Source of the DNA: Pseudomonas aeruginosa PAO1
GTDB taxonomy: Bacteria > Pseudomonadota > Gammaproteobacteria > Pseudomonadales > Pseudomonadaceae
Length of the DNA stretch: 64,000 bases
Direction: 5' to 3' (one strand)
NCBI RefSeq assembly: GCF_000006765.1
Contig: NC_002516.2
A program made the translations under genes and the position numbers. The first letter of the stretch is position 1, and every line of letters starts with the position of its first letter. Positions 1 through 10,269 of the stretch are shown here, piece after piece. The notes beneath the pieces were generated by a model. That model was not told the DNA's origin, did no database searches, and was given only the letters and a program-made list of their open reading frames with translations.

Positions 1-80
1 TGGACCAGCTGAAGCTGGCCCTCGATCGTCTCGACGCGCGCGTCGGACGCCTCAGCCAAAAGACCAAGCCCGACGCATGA
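1..80 (+). CDS. ubiJ: 3' end of ubiquinone biosynthesis accessory protein UbiJ (partial)
   Basis: Frame from base 3 reads [25 protein letters not shown], a coiled-coil-like C-terminus; TGA overlaps the ubiB ATG (ATGA 77-80); usual ubiE-ubiJ-ubiB order. Confidence 0.7.
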   Translation, partial: DQLKLALDRLDARVGRLSQKTKPDA

Positions 81-1678
81 AGCTCCTCGCTGTCCGCCGC
101 CTCCTGCGCATCCAGCGCGTCGTCATCCGCTACCGCCTGGACGACCTGATCCTCGAACTGCCGATGCTGCCCTGGTGGCTGCGCCTGCTCGGTGCCACCC
201 TGCCCTGGCGCTGGCTGCCGCGGCGCAAGCTGGAACTGACCCGCGGCGCGCGCCTGCGCCTGGCACTGCAGGACCTCGGACCGATCTTCATCAAGTTCGG
301 CCAGATTCTCTCCACCCGCCGCGACCTGCTGCCCGACGACATCGCCAACGAACTGGCCTGGCTGCAGGACAAGGTGCCGCCCTTCCCGCCGGAGCTGGCG
401 GTCAAGCGCATCGAGGAACAGCTGGGCGCGAAGATCGAACAGGTCTTCGCCCGCTTCGAACGCGAACCGCTGGCCTCCGCCTCGGTGGCCCAGGTCCACG
501 CCGCGCGCCTGAAGAGCGGCGAGGAAGTGGTGGTGAAGGTGATCCGGCCGAACCTGGAACCGGTGATCCGCTCCGACATCGCCTGGCTGTTCATCCTCGC
601 CCGCCTCGCCGAGCGGGTCTCCAGCGAGGCGCGGCGCCTGCACCCGGTGGAAGTGGTCAGCGACTACGAGAAGACCATCGTCGACGAACTCGACCTGCTC
701 CGCGAGGCGGCCAACGCCTCGCAGCTGCGACGCAACTTCGAAGGCTCGCCGCTGCTCTACGTGCCACAGGTCTACTGGGACTGGTGCCGGCCCAAGGTGC
801 TGGTGATGGAGCGCATCTACGGCATCCCGGTGACCGACCTGGAAACCCTGCGCGACCAGCGCACCGACTTCAAGGCACTGGCCGAGCGCGGCGTGGAGAT
901 CTTCTTCACCCAGGTGTTCCGCGACAGCTTTTTCCATGCCGACATGCACCCCGGCAACATCTTCGTCAGCACCCGCGCGCCCTGGAGCCCGCAATACATC
1001 GCGGTGGACTGCGGCATCGTCGGCAGCCTGACCGACGAGGACCAGGACTACCTGGCGCGCAACCTGATCGCCTTCTTCAAGCGCGACTACCGCAAGGTCG
1101 CCCAACTGCATATCGACTCCGGCTGGGTACCGGCGGAAACCAAGGTCAACGACTTCGAGGCGGCGATCCGCACCGTCTGCGAACCGATCTTCGAGAAGCC
1201 GCTGAAGGACATCTCCTTCGGCCAGGTCCTGCTGCGCCTGTTCCAGACCGCGCGCCGTTTCAACATGGAGATCCAGCCGCAACTGGTGTTGCTGCAGAAG
1301 ACCCTGCTGAACATCGAAGGCCTCGGCCGCCAGCTCTACCCGGAACTCGACCTGTGGGCCACCGCCCAGCCGTTCCTGGAGCGCTGGATGCGCGAACGGG
1401 TCAGCCCGAAGCAGTTGCTGCGCAATTTCCAGCAACAGGTCGAGCAGGTGCCGCACCTGTCGCAAATGGCCCGCGACACCCTCGAACGCCTGTCACAACC
1501 GCACGCCCACAATGCGCCGCCGCCGGAGTGGAAAGGTTCCCGCCACGACTGGCTCGGGCGCCTGGTGGGCGCGGTGCTGCTGGTCGGCGCCGCCGAGGTC
1601 GGCCTGGGCCAGCAGCTGGAAGCCTGGCCGGCGTGGGTGATGCTGGCCGGCGGGGTATTCCTGATCCTGCGCCGCTAG
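77..1678 (+). CDS. ubiB: Ubiquinone biosynthesis protein kinase-like UbiB (ABC1 family)
   Basis: 533 aa; motifs [48 protein letters not shown]. Confidence 0.96.
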   Translation: MKLLAVRRLLRIQRVVIRYRLDDLILELPMLPWWLRLLGATLPWRWLPRRKLELTRGARLRLALQDLGPIFIKFGQILSTRRDLLPDDIANELAWLQDKVPPFPPELAVKRIEEQLGAKIEQVFARFEREPLASASVAQVHAARLKSGEEVVVKVIRPNLEPVIRSDIAWLFILARLAERVSSEARRLHPVEVVSDYEKTIVDELDLLREAANASQLRRNFEGSPLLYVPQVYWDWCRPKVLVMERIYGIPVTDLETLRDQRTDFKALAERGVEIFFTQVFRDSFFHADMHPGNIFVSTRAPWSPQYIAVDCGIVGSLTDEDQDYLARNLIAFFKRDYRKVAQLHIDSGWVPAETKVNDFEAAIRTVCEPIFEKPLKDISFGQVLLRLFQTARRFNMEIQPQLVLLQKTLLNIEGLGRQLYPELDLWATAQPFLERWMRERVSPKQLLRNFQQQVEQVPHLSQMARDTLERLSQPHAHNAPPPEWKGSRHDWLGRLVGAVLLVGAAEVGLGQQLEAWPAWVMLAGGVFLILRR

Positions 1679-1793
1679 CGCCGCGCACGGCCACTAGGCC
1701 CGCGCCGATAGCCAGTCGCGCTCCCGGCTGGCACACTACTCCCATTTCCGCCGGAAACGCGCGCAACGTACCGGCAACGAACGTGGAAAGACC

Positions 1794-2198
1794 ATGAAAG
1801 ACTGGCTGGATGAGATTCACTGGAACGCCGACGGCCTGGTCCCGGCGATCGCCCAGGATCACGAGACCGGGCGCGTGCTGATGATGGCCTGGATGAACCG
1901 CGAGGCGCTGGCCCTGACCGCCAGCGAGAACCGTGCAATCTATTGGTCGCGTTCGCGTGGCAAGCTGTGGCGCAAGGGCGAGGAGTCCGGGCACGTGCAG
2001 AAGCTGCACGAACTGCGTCTGGACTGCGACGCCGACGTGGTCATCCTGATGGTCGAGCAGGTCGGCGGGATCGCCTGCCATACCGGCCGGGAAAGCTGTT
2101 TCTACCGCGTCTTCGAGAACGGCGCCTGGAAGACCGTCGATCCGGTGCTGAAGGACCCGGACGCTATCTACGAACACGCAGGACACCACCATGAGTGA
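1794..2198 (+). CDS. hisI: Phosphoribosyl-AMP cyclohydrolase
   Basis: 134 aa; [34 protein letters not shown]. Confidence 0.96.
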   Translation: MKDWLDEIHWNADGLVPAIAQDHETGRVLMMAWMNREALALTASENRAIYWSRSRGKLWRKGEESGHVQKLHELRLDCDADVVILMVEQVGGIACHTGRESCFYRVFENGAWKTVDPVLKDPDAIYEHAGHHHE

Positions 2199-2526
2199 CA
2201 CCCTGACCCGCCTGGCGGCGGTGCTCGAGGAGCGCAAGAACGCCGCGCCCGACAGCTCCTACGTGGCCAGTCTGTACCACAAAGGCCTGAACAAGATCCT
2301 GGAGAAGGTCGGCGAGGAGTCGGTGGAAACCATCATCGCCGCCAAGGATGCCGCGGCCAGCGGCGACTGCCAGGACCTGATCTACGAAACCGCCGACCTC
2401 TGGTTCCACTCGCTGGTGATGCTCTCGGCCCTCGGCCAGCATCCGCAAGCCGTGCTGGACGAACTGGAGCGCCGCTTCGGCCTTTCCGGCCACGCCGAGA
2501 AAGCCGCCCGCCAACCATCGGCCTGA
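2191..2526 (+). CDS. hisE: Phosphoribosyl-ATP pyrophosphatase
   Basis: 111 aa; [17 protein letters not shown]; overlaps hisI. Confidence 0.95.
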
Positions 2527-2551
2527 ACCTACACATTGCGAGGAATACGAC

Positions 2552-2800
2552 ATGGGCATTTTTGACTGGAAACACTGGATCGTCATCCTGATCGTCGTGG
2601 TACTGGTGTTCGGCACCAAGCGCCTGAAGAACCTCGGTTCCGACGTCGGCGAAGCGATCAAGGGCTTCCGCAAGGCGGTGAACACCGAGGAAGACGACAA
2701 GAAGGACCAGCCCGCCGCCCAGCCGGCCCAACCGCTGAACCAGCCGCACACCATCGACGCCCAGGCGCAGAAGGTCGAAGAGCCGGCGCGCAAGGACTGA
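2552..2800 (+). CDS. tatA: Twin-arginine translocase subunit TatA
   Basis: 82 aa; N-terminal [18 protein letters not shown]. Confidence 0.96.
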
Positions 2801-2813
2801 CGGGTAGCCATCG

Positions 2814-3239
2814 ATGTTCGGAATCAGCTTCAGCGAACTGTTGCTGGTCGGGCTGGTCGCCCTGCTGGTGCTCGGCCCCGAGCGCCTGCCGGGCGCCGCA
2901 CGTACCGCCGGCCTGTGGATCGGCCGCCTGAAGCGCAGTTTCAATACCATCAAGCAGGAAGTGGAACGGGAAATCGGCGCGGACGAGATTCGCCGGCAAC
3001 TGCACAACGAGCACATCCTCTCGATGGAGCGCGAAGCGCAGAAGCTGCTGGCCCCGCTGACCGGCCAGAATCCCCCGCAGGAAACCCCGCCGCCGGCGGC
3101 CGAGAGCCCGGCGCCGAGCGTACCCACGCCGCCGCCGACCAGCACGCCTGCGGTTCCGCCCGCGGACGCCGCGGCACCGCCGGCAGTCGCTGCCTCCACT
3201 CCCCCTTCGCCACCGTCCGAGACGCCGCGTAATCCATGA
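2814..3239 (+). CDS. tatB: Twin-arginine translocase subunit TatB
   Basis: 141 aa; [12 protein letters not shown]...LGPERLP; Pro/Ala-rich tail. Confidence 0.96.
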
Positions 3240-4039
3240 GCGCCGATAAACCCGAGCAGCCTGAGCACGACCAGGAAATGCCCCTGGTCTCGCACCTGAC
3301 CGAACTGCGTACGCGCCTGCTGCGCAGCGTGGCGGCGATCTTCCTGATCTTCGCCGGCCTGTTCTACTTCTCGCAGAAGATCTACACCCTGGTCTCCGAG
3401 CCGTTGCGCCGCTTCCTTCCGGAAGGCACCAGCATGATCGCCACCGACGTCGCCTCGCCGTTCCTCGCGCCGTTCAAGCTGACCATGGTGGTGGCGCTGT
3501 TCCTCGCCATGCCGGTGATCCTCGCGCAGGTCTGGGGCTTCATCGCGCCCGGCCTGTACAAGCACGAGAAGCGCGTGGCGCTGCCGCTGCTGGTGTCCAG
3601 CATCATCCTGTTCTACGCCGGGATGGCCTTCGCCTACTTCCTGGTGTTCCCGATGATCTTCCACTTCTTCGCCAGCGTGACGCCCGAGGGCGTGGCGATG
3701 ATGACGGACATCAACAGCTACCTGGACTTCGTCCTGACTCTGTTCTTCGCCTTCGGCGTCGCCTTCGAGATCCCGGTGGCCACGGTGCTGCTGATCTGGA
3801 TCGGAGTGGTCGACGTCGATTACCTGAAGAAGATCCGCCCGTACGTGATCATCGGCTGTTTCGTGGTCGGCATGGTCCTGACCCCGCCGGACATCTTCTC
3901 CCAGACCATGCTCGCGGTGCCGATGTGGCTGCTGTTCGAGATCGGCCTGCTGTTCGGCCGCCTGGTACGCAAGCGCGGCGAGCATCCGGACGACCAACCG
4001 GCCAGCGACGGCGACCAGCCTCCGGCCACCCGCCAGTGA
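3236..4039 (+). CDS. tatC: Twin-arginine translocase subunit TatC
   Basis: 267 aa; HLTELRTRL, multiple TM segments, LTPPD. Confidence 0.96.
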
Positions 4040-4743
4040 ACCTGCTGCTCCTCGACGACGCCGACTTCGTGTCGGCGGATCGTGCGGTCCTGCACGATCG
4101 CCGCCTCAAGCACCTGCACGAAGTGCACCGCGCCGAGAACGGCGACACCCTGCGGGTCGGCCGCCTCGGCGGCTGGATGGGCGAAGGTCGCCTGCTGAAG
4201 CTCGACGCCAGCGAGGCGACCCTGGAAGTGCGCTTCGACCAGCCGCCGCCGGCCAAGCTGCCGATCACCCTGCTGCTGGCCTTGCCGCGACCGAAGATGC
4301 TCCGCCGGGTGTTGCAGACCATCGCCGCGATGGGCGTACCGAAGCTGGTGCTGCTGAACAGCTACCGCGTGGAAAAGAGCTTCTGGCAGACCCCGTTCCT
4401 CGACCCGGCGGCGATCCGCGAGAACCTGGTCCTCGGCCTGGAGCAGGCCCGCGATACGGTGCTGCCGGAAATCATCGTCGAGAAGCGCTTCAAACCCTTC
4501 GTCGAAGACCGCCTGCCGGCCCTGGCCGCCGGCAGCCTCGGCCTGGTCGGCCATCCCGGTCCCTGGCCGGCCTGTCCGCGCGCGGTGGAGAAGCCGGTGA
4601 CCCTGGCGATCGGCCCGGAAGGCGGCTGGATTCCCTACGAGGTCGACAAGCTGCGCGAAGCCGGACTGCATCCGGTGCAGCTCGGCGAACGCATCCTGCG
4701 CGTGGAAACCGCGGTCAGCGCCCTGCTTGCGCGGTTGTTCTGA
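4036..4743 (+). CDS. RsmE-family SPOUT methyltransferase (16S rRNA m3U1498 methyltransferase-like)
   Basis: GTG at 4036 overlaps the tatC stop (GTGA); 235 aa; IGPEGGW and [16 protein letters not shown] knot motifs. Confidence 0.88.
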   Translation: MNLLLLDDADFVSADRAVLHDRRLKHLHEVHRAENGDTLRVGRLGGWMGEGRLLKLDASEATLEVRFDQPPPAKLPITLLLALPRPKMLRRVLQTIAAMGVPKLVLLNSYRVEKSFWQTPFLDPAAIRENLVLGLEQARDTVLPEIIVEKRFKPFVEDRLPALAAGSLGLVGHPGPWPACPRAVEKPVTLAIGPEGGWIPYEVDKLREAGLHPVQLGERILRVETAVSALLARLF

Positions 4744-4762
4744 AAAAACTCCGGTAAAAGAC

Positions 4763-4789
4763 TGAAGGTTTTCCCCGCCCGGCCGACAT
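4763..4789 (+). promoter_or_regulatory. Sigma-28 (FliA)-type promoter for the chemoreceptor gene
   Basis: TGAAG-N14-GCCGACAT resembles the FliA consensus TCAAG/TAAAG-N14-GCCGATA; about 165 bp upstream of an MCP gene. Confidence 0.6.
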
Positions 4790-4954
4790 CCTCTGTCGCG
4801 CAGGGCTCCGCACGACAACCATAAGACCTCGCCCGCCGGCCACGTACCGGCCCTCCGCGCCCGCACACCGGACGCGACGACGCTGAGCCATTACCTGTTC
4901 CGCCACGCCATGGGGCTGCCAACCCAGGGTGTCGCACTGCCTGGAGTAATGACG

Positions 4955-6898
4955 ATGTACGATTGGTGGGTTCTCCAACTGGCCAAGCTGAGCGTCAGCC
5001 GCAAGCTGATGGTCGGTTTCGGTGTCCTCCTCGCGCTGCTTCTGCTGGTGGTGATCAGCAGCAACCGCACCCTCACGCACCAGACCGCCCTCAGCGAGCA
5101 GCTCGCCGAAGTCGCCAGCCTGATGGAACAGACCCAGCAAGCCGAACAAGGCCGCCTGGCATTCGAAGCCGGCAGCGACCCGCGCCAGGCCGAGCAGGTC
5201 CGCCAGACCCTGGCCGGGATGCTCCAGCGCCTGCAGGCGCTGCGCGACAGCGAGCTCGACCCGGCCGCCCTGGCCCACCAGGTCGAAGCCATCGAAGCCT
5301 ACCGCAAGGCTTTCGACGACCTCGCCGCAGCCGATCAGCAACGCAGCGCCGCCCGTGGTGTGCTGGTGGGCACTGCACAGCAGGCGCTGGACAGCTTCGC
5401 CCGCCTCGAGGAACTGATGGACGCCAGCCTCGCGCAGCAGGCCGGCGACCCGCAGGCGTTGCAACGTAGCCGTGCGGTGGCCGACCTGCACCAACAGTTG
5501 CTCATGGTGCGTTACCAGGTGCGCGGCTACGTCTTCGAACGCAGCGACAAGGCCGAGCAGGCCGCGTTCGCCGCGTTCGACGCCCTCCGCCAGGCCGCCA
5601 CGACGCTGCGTGGCCAGTTGCCCGGCGAGGCCGATGCGGCGCTGGAACAGGCCATGGGCAGCCTCCAGGGCTATCGTGGCGGGATCGAGCAGTTCCGTGC
5701 CGGCGTCATCCGCACGCGCCAGGCGCAGCAAGCGATGCAAAGCAGCACCCAGGATATGGCCCGGGCCGGCCGGACCCTCACCGAAGCCGGTCGCCAATTG
5801 CGCGAGAGCACCGCCAGCCGCGACCGCGCCAGCCTCTGGCTGATCGCCGCGCTGGCCCTGGCCTTCGGCTGCGTCGCCGGCTGGGCGATCAACCGGCAGA
5901 TCGTCCGGCCGCTGGACGAAGCCCTCGCGCAGGCCGAGGCCATCGCCGCCGGCGACCTCGGCAAGCGTCCGCAGAATCCCCTGACCCTCCAGCGCCGCGA
6001 CGAACTGGGCCAGTTGCAGCGAGTCATGCAGCGCATGGGCGACAGCCTGCGCGAGCTGGTCGGGCGGATCAGCGACGGCGTCAGCCAGTTGGCCAGCTCC
6101 GCCGAGGAACTCTCGGCGGTCACCGAGCAGACCCGCGCCGGGGTCAACAGCCAGAAAGTGGAGACCGACCAGGTCGCCACCGCCATGCACGAGATGGCCG
6201 CCACCGTGCAGGACGTCGCGCGCAACGCCGAACTGGCTTCCCAGGCCGCTCGCCAGGCCGACGAAGAGGCGCGCCAGGGCGACGCGGTGGTCGACCAGGC
6301 GGTGACCCGCATCGAGCGCCTGGCTAGCGAAATGGACGTTTCCAGCGAAGCCATGGCGCGCCTGAAGAACGAGAGCGAGCAGATCGGCAGCGTCCTCGAC
6401 GTGATCAAGTCGGTGGCCGAGCAAACCAACCTGCTGGCGCTCAACGCAGCCATCGAAGCGGCACGCGCCGGCGACGCCGGACGCGGCTTCGCGGTGGTCG
6501 CCGACGAGGTCCGCGGCCTGGCCCAGCGCACCCAGCAGTCCACCGCCGAGATCGAGGGCCTGATCCAGCGTCTCCAGCAGGGCGCCGGCGAAGCCGCCGA
6601 ACGCCTGGAGAACAGCCGCTCGCTGACCGCCAGCACGGTGGAACTGGCGCGCCGCGCCGGCGCCGCGCTGGACAGCATCACCCGCACCGTCTCCGACATC
6701 CAGAACATGAACCTGCAGATCGCCACTGCCGCGGAGCAACAGAGCACGGTGGCCGAGGAGATCAACCGCAGCGTCCTCAGCGTACGCGACGTCGCCGAGC
6801 AGTCGGCCGCCGCCAGCGAGCAGACCGCCGCCTCCAGCGGCGAGCTGGCGCGCCTGGGCACGCAGTTGCAGGCACAGGTGGGACGCTTCCGCCTGTAA
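4955..6898 (+). CDS. mcpK: Methyl-accepting chemotaxis protein with HBM-type periplasmic domain (alpha-ketoglutarate receptor McpK by recall)
   Basis: Two TM segments, HAMP (RRDELGQL), signalling hairpin [20 protein letters not shown]-like and [12 protein letters not shown]; start taken at ATG 4955 (647 aa). Confidence 0.85.
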   Translation: MYDWWVLQLAKLSVSRKLMVGFGVLLALLLLVVISSNRTLTHQTALSEQLAEVASLMEQTQQAEQGRLAFEAGSDPRQAEQVRQTLAGMLQRLQALRDSELDPAALAHQVEAIEAYRKAFDDLAAADQQRSAARGVLVGTAQQALDSFARLEELMDASLAQQAGDPQALQRSRAVADLHQQLLMVRYQVRGYVFERSDKAEQAAFAAFDALRQAATTLRGQLPGEADAALEQAMGSLQGYRGGIEQFRAGVIRTRQAQQAMQSSTQDMARAGRTLTEAGRQLRESTASRDRASLWLIAALALAFGCVAGWAINRQIVRPLDEALAQAEAIAAGDLGKRPQNPLTLQRRDELGQLQRVMQRMGDSLRELVGRISDGVSQLASSAEELSAVTEQTRAGVNSQKVETDQVATAMHEMAATVQDVARNAELASQAARQADEEARQGDAVVDQAVTRIERLASEMDVSSEAMARLKNESEQIGSVLDVIKSVAEQTNLLALNAAIEAARAGDAGRGFAVVADEVRGLAQRTQQSTAEIEGLIQRLQQGAGEAAERLENSRSLTASTVELARRAGAALDSITRTVSDIQNMNLQIATAAEQQSTVAEEINRSVLSVRDVAEQSAAASEQTAASSGELARLGTQLQAQVGRFRL

Positions 6899-7007
6899 CA
6901 TCCCGAGAGGATCCTCCTTGCATCGGCAGCCCCTCCCGTCCATCGAAAGCGGACAGGAGGGGCACCTTTGCGTAGGATCAGGCTTTCGCCTTTTGGGAGA
7001 TGACGCC

Positions 7008-7469
7008 ATGCGCCCGATGACCATCGATATCGACGAACTGGCCTTCGCCCTGGATACCCCGGGAATCGACCACTACCTCGACCTGTACAGCGGCAAGGTG
7101 CTGCTGATCTCCGCCGAGGCGCCCGATCCCGAACTGGACGCATTGCTGGAAAACGAGCCGGAACGCCTGCTGCTGATCGACCCGCTGAGCACCACCCAGT
7201 CGCTGGGACTGATGCAGGATTTCCTCCGCGAGGTGGAAGAGCCGCACGCCTATGCGACGCTCGCCAACGCGCTGCAGAGCCGCAAGCCGTTCAAGGCCTT
7301 CAAGCACTCTCTGATGGAGTACCCGGAACTGTTGCAGGACTGGTACCGCTACCAGAACGAGCGCCTGCGCGAATGGGCGCTGGACTGGCTGGAGGACAAC
7401 GATATCCAGCCGGCCGCGCGGCAGAGTCCGACGTCGCTCCTGCCGCCGCCGGGCAAGCCGTTCGCCTAG
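7008..7469 (+). CDS. UPF0158-family acidic hypothetical protein
   Basis: ATG 7008 after GGGAGA; 153 aa; YLDLYSGKV...LMQDF...ALQSRKPFKAFK...W...A..WL pattern typical of UPF0158. Confidence 0.7.
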   Translation: MRPMTIDIDELAFALDTPGIDHYLDLYSGKVLLISAEAPDPELDALLENEPERLLLIDPLSTTQSLGLMQDFLREVEEPHAYATLANALQSRKPFKAFKHSLMEYPELLQDWYRYQNERLREWALDWLEDNDIQPAARQSPTSLLPPPGKPFA

Positions 7470-7476
7470 CGCGGTA

Positions 7477-8211
7477 CTAGAGGACCTGGCGGAGGAAGGC
7501 CTGGGCCCGCGGGTCCTGCGGATTGTCGAAGAACTGCGCCGGCGGCGCGTCCTCCAGCAGCTTGCCGTGGTCGAAGAACAGCACGCGGTCGGCCACTTCG
7601 CGGGCAAAGCCCATCTCGTGGGTCACGCAGACCATGGTCATGCCTTCCACGGCCAGGGTCTTCATGACGTCGAGGACTTCGCCGACCATCTCCGGATCGA
7701 GCGCCGAGGTCGGTTCGTCGAACAGCATCACCTTGGGGTCCATGCACAACGCGCGAGCGATCGCCACGCGCTGCTGCTGGCCGCCGGACAGGCGCGAGGG
7801 ATATTCGTCGGCCTTCTGCCCGATGCCGACCTTGGCCAGCAGCGCCCGCGCCTTGGCCTCGCGCTCGGCCTTGCCGCGCTTGCGCACCACGCGTTGGGCC
7901 AGGCAGAGGTTCTCGAGCACGGTCATGTGCGGGAACAGGTTGAAATGCTGGAACACCATGCCGACTTCGCGGCGGTAGGCATTGATGTCGGTCCTCGGGT
8001 CGGCCAGGTCGACGCCGTCGATGCTCACCGAGCCTTCGTCGAACTCCTCCAGGCCGTTCAGGCAGCGCAGGAAGGTCGACTTGCCGGAACCGGACGGACC
8101 GATCACCACCAGTACCTCGCCCCTGGCCACGCGGGTACTCACGTCGTCCACCGCGCGCACTACCTGGCCGCGGGTATCGAAGACCTTCAGCAGGTTGCGT
8201 ACTTCAATCAC
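7477..8211 (-). CDS. Polar amino-acid ABC transporter ATP-binding protein
   Basis: 244 aa; [28 protein letters not shown]. Confidence 0.95.
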   Translation of the reverse strand: MIEVRNLLKVFDTRGQVVRAVDDVSTRVARGEVLVVIGPSGSGKSTFLRCLNGLEEFDEGSVSIDGVDLADPRTDINAYRREVGMVFQHFNLFPHMTVLENLCLAQRVVRKRGKAEREAKARALLAKVGIGQKADEYPSRLSGGQQQRVAIARALCMDPKVMLFDEPTSALDPEMVGEVLDVMKTLAVEGMTMVCVTHEMGFAREVADRVLFFDHGKLLEDAPPAQFFDNPQDPRAQAFLRQVL

Positions 8212-9166
8212 TTTGTCCGAGCCTCCGCTCCAGTCGGGATGCCATGTGCGAAAGGGGCAGGTTCAACAGCAGGTACAACGCGGCGACGCAGAACCAGATC
8301 TCGAAGGTGGAGAACGAGGTGGTGATCGCCTCGCGGCCGCTCTTGGTCAGTTCGGTGATGGCGATCACCGAGACCAGCGAGGTGTCCTTGACCAGGCTGA
8401 TGAACTGCCCGGCCAGCGGCGGCAGCACGCGCTTGAAGGCCTGCGGCAGGATCACGTAGCGCATCGACTGGCCGGCGTTCAGGCCCAGGGAGCGGGCGGC
8501 CTCGTTCTGTCCGCGGGCGATGGACTGCACGCCGGCCCGGATGATCTCGGCCACGTAGGCGCCGGTGAACAGCGCCAGCGCCGCAACCCCGGCGAACTCG
8601 CGGGACAGGTTGAGCACGGTGCCGATGAAGAAGTAGAAGATGAAGATCTGCACCAGCAACGGCGTGCCGCGCACCAGCTCGACGTAGATCGTCGACAGGT
8701 CGTGCAGGGTCGGGTTCTTCGACAGCCGGCAGAGGCCGGCGACCAGGCCGATAGCCAGACCGATGGCACCGGACACCAGCGATAGCCAGAGGGTGGTCCA
8801 CAGGCCCCAGAGCAGTGGGCCGGCGGCCCAGTGGCGGGTCACCCCGACCGCGTCGCCCTCGGCCACGTCGTCGCCTTCGGAGAATTGCAGGCTGTCCTGG
8901 GCAACGGTCACGACCTGCTTCTCGCCGCTCTCGCCAAGCAGCGTGACGCGCGCGTCCCTGCCCTGTTCCTCGATAGCCTCGACCCGGCCGATCTCGTTGG
9001 CCCGTAACGGCTCCTCGGCCTGGTAGGCGAAGTACTGCGGAACGCGGTTCCAGCGCCATTCATAGGAAATCAGCGAGGTGGAGAACCACAGCGCCCAGGC
9101 CAGGACCAGCAGGATCAGCCCGGTCAGCAGGTGCCAGGGCCAGACGGAACGTTTCTTCTTGGTCAC
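8204..9166 (-). CDS. Polar amino-acid ABC transporter permease (HisM/GlnP family) with extra periplasmic insert
   Basis: 320 aa; [11 protein letters not shown] loop ([22 protein letters not shown]), LVKDTSL. Confidence 0.93.
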   Translation of the reverse strand: MTKKKRSVWPWHLLTGLILLVLAWALWFSTSLISYEWRWNRVPQYFAYQAEEPLRANEIGRVEAIEEQGRDARVTLLGESGEKQVVTVAQDSLQFSEGDDVAEGDAVGVTRHWAAGPLLWGLWTTLWLSLVSGAIGLAIGLVAGLCRLSKNPTLHDLSTIYVELVRGTPLLVQIFIFYFFIGTVLNLSREFAGVAALALFTGAYVAEIIRAGVQSIARGQNEAARSLGLNAGQSMRYVILPQAFKRVLPPLAGQFISLVKDTSLVSVIAITELTKSGREAITTSFSTFEIWFCVAALYLLLNLPLSHMASRLERRLGQSD

Positions 9167-9200
9167 GGAAACTCTCTCGAACGATGGAATGCGCAGGTAC

Positions 9201-9225
9201 GACGGCCCCCTTCGCGGGGGCCGTC
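9201..9225. other. Intercistronic stem-loop between binding-protein and permease genes
   Basis: GACGGCCCCC-TTCGC-GGGGGCCGTC perfect 10-bp stem without a U tract. Confidence 0.7.
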
Positions 9226-9231
9226 AGCGGT

Positions 9232-10032
9232 TCATTCCATTTCCTTCAGCCACTCGGTGTTCTTGAACCACTTGTCGTGGATGCGCTGATAGGTGCCGTC
9301 TTCGCGGATCTGATGGAGGAAGTTGTTGATGAAATTGATGCTGTCGTAGTCGCCTTTCTTCAGGCCGAACGCCAGCGGCTCGTAGGTGAACGGCTGGTCG
9401 AGGTAGACCAGCTTGCCGGCGCCGAACTTGCTCACCGCCACCACGTTGTAGGGCGAGTCGTAGATGAAGGCGTCGGCCTTGCCGTTGACCACGTCCATCA
9501 CCGCTTCCGGCTCGTTGTCGAAGCCGTGGTACTTGGCCTTGCTGATCAGCTTGCGGGCAACGATCTCACCGGTGGTGCCGATCTTCGAGGTGATGCTGTA
9601 CTGCGGATCGTTCAGGTCCTTGTAGGACTTGATCTTGCCTTCCAGTTCCTTGCGCACCAGCAGGGTCTGGCCGACCACGATGAAGGGCTCGGAGAAGTTC
9701 AGGCGCAGGTTGCGCTCCTGGGTCAGGGTCATGCCCGAGCCGATCATGTCGAACTTGTCGGTCAGCAGCGCCGGGATGATGCCGTCGTAGCTGGTGGAGA
9801 CCAGCTCCAGCTTGACGCCCATGGACTTGGCCATGGCCTTGAGCAGGTCGACTTCGAAGCCGATGATCTGGCCACGCTTGTTGGTCATCTCGAACGGCAT
9901 GTAGGTCGGGTCCATGCCGACCCGCAGGGTGCCGCGCTTGACCGCGTCCTCCACCGCGCCGGCCGCCTGGACCGAAGCCACGCCCACCAGGGCGCAGACG
10001 CCCAGAACCAATGAAGCAAGATACTTTTTCAT
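9232..10032 (-). CDS. Polar amino-acid ABC transporter periplasmic binding protein (SBP_bac_3)
   Basis: Start MKKYLASL (10032) with signal peptide; LRVGMDPTYMPFE, GFEVDL, RLNFSEPF; 266 aa. Confidence 0.93.
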   Translation of the reverse strand: MKKYLASLVLGVCALVGVASVQAAGAVEDAVKRGTLRVGMDPTYMPFEMTNKRGQIIGFEVDLLKAMAKSMGVKLELVSTSYDGIIPALLTDKFDMIGSGMTLTQERNLRLNFSEPFIVVGQTLLVRKELEGKIKSYKDLNDPQYSITSKIGTTGEIVARKLISKAKYHGFDNEPEAVMDVVNGKADAFIYDSPYNVVAVSKFGAGKLVYLDQPFTYEPLAFGLKKGDYDSINFINNFLHQIREDGTYQRIHDKWFKNTEWLKEME

Positions 10033-10233
10033 TCCCCAATCCCCAGCAGTCTTAGAAACACAGTCGTCGAACGGATGCTCTCGTCGTGTCGCCGTCCCGG
10101 GCGGGCAGCAGGCCATGACCGGCTGCGCAAAAGGCGGCCGATAGTACCTCAGCTGGCGAACGATACGAGACTTTCTGGATTGCCGGCGCAGGGTAACAGC
10201 AGCGCCGCACGGGGAAAACAGGCAAGAAACAGA

Positions 10234-10267
10234 CCATGCCCCCGGCGGCGTTCCGCCGGGGGCATGG
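10234..10267 (-). terminator. Probable intrinsic terminator of opgGH
   Basis: Perfect 15-bp stem CCATGCCCCCGGCGG/CCGCCGGGGGCATGG right after the opgH stop, followed on the minus strand by TCTGTTTCTT. Confidence 0.7.
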
Positions 10268-10269
10268 GA

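Noticed and set aside
1728-1745. TGGCAC upstream of hisI as a sigma-54 promoter
   Set aside because: No TTGC at the -12 position.
3060-3235. Low-complexity CCG-rich tract
   Set aside because: It encodes the ordinary Pro/Ala-rich TatB tail, not a nucleotide repeat element.
4715-7024. 769-aa minus-strand ORF, and similar long antisense or alternate-frame ORFs (10075-12951, 23935-25530, 33340-36006, 36180-38300, 38939-40876, 54527-56995)
   Set aside because: They shadow well-supported genes on the opposite strand; stop-codon scarcity is expected from high GC3; no recognisable motifs.
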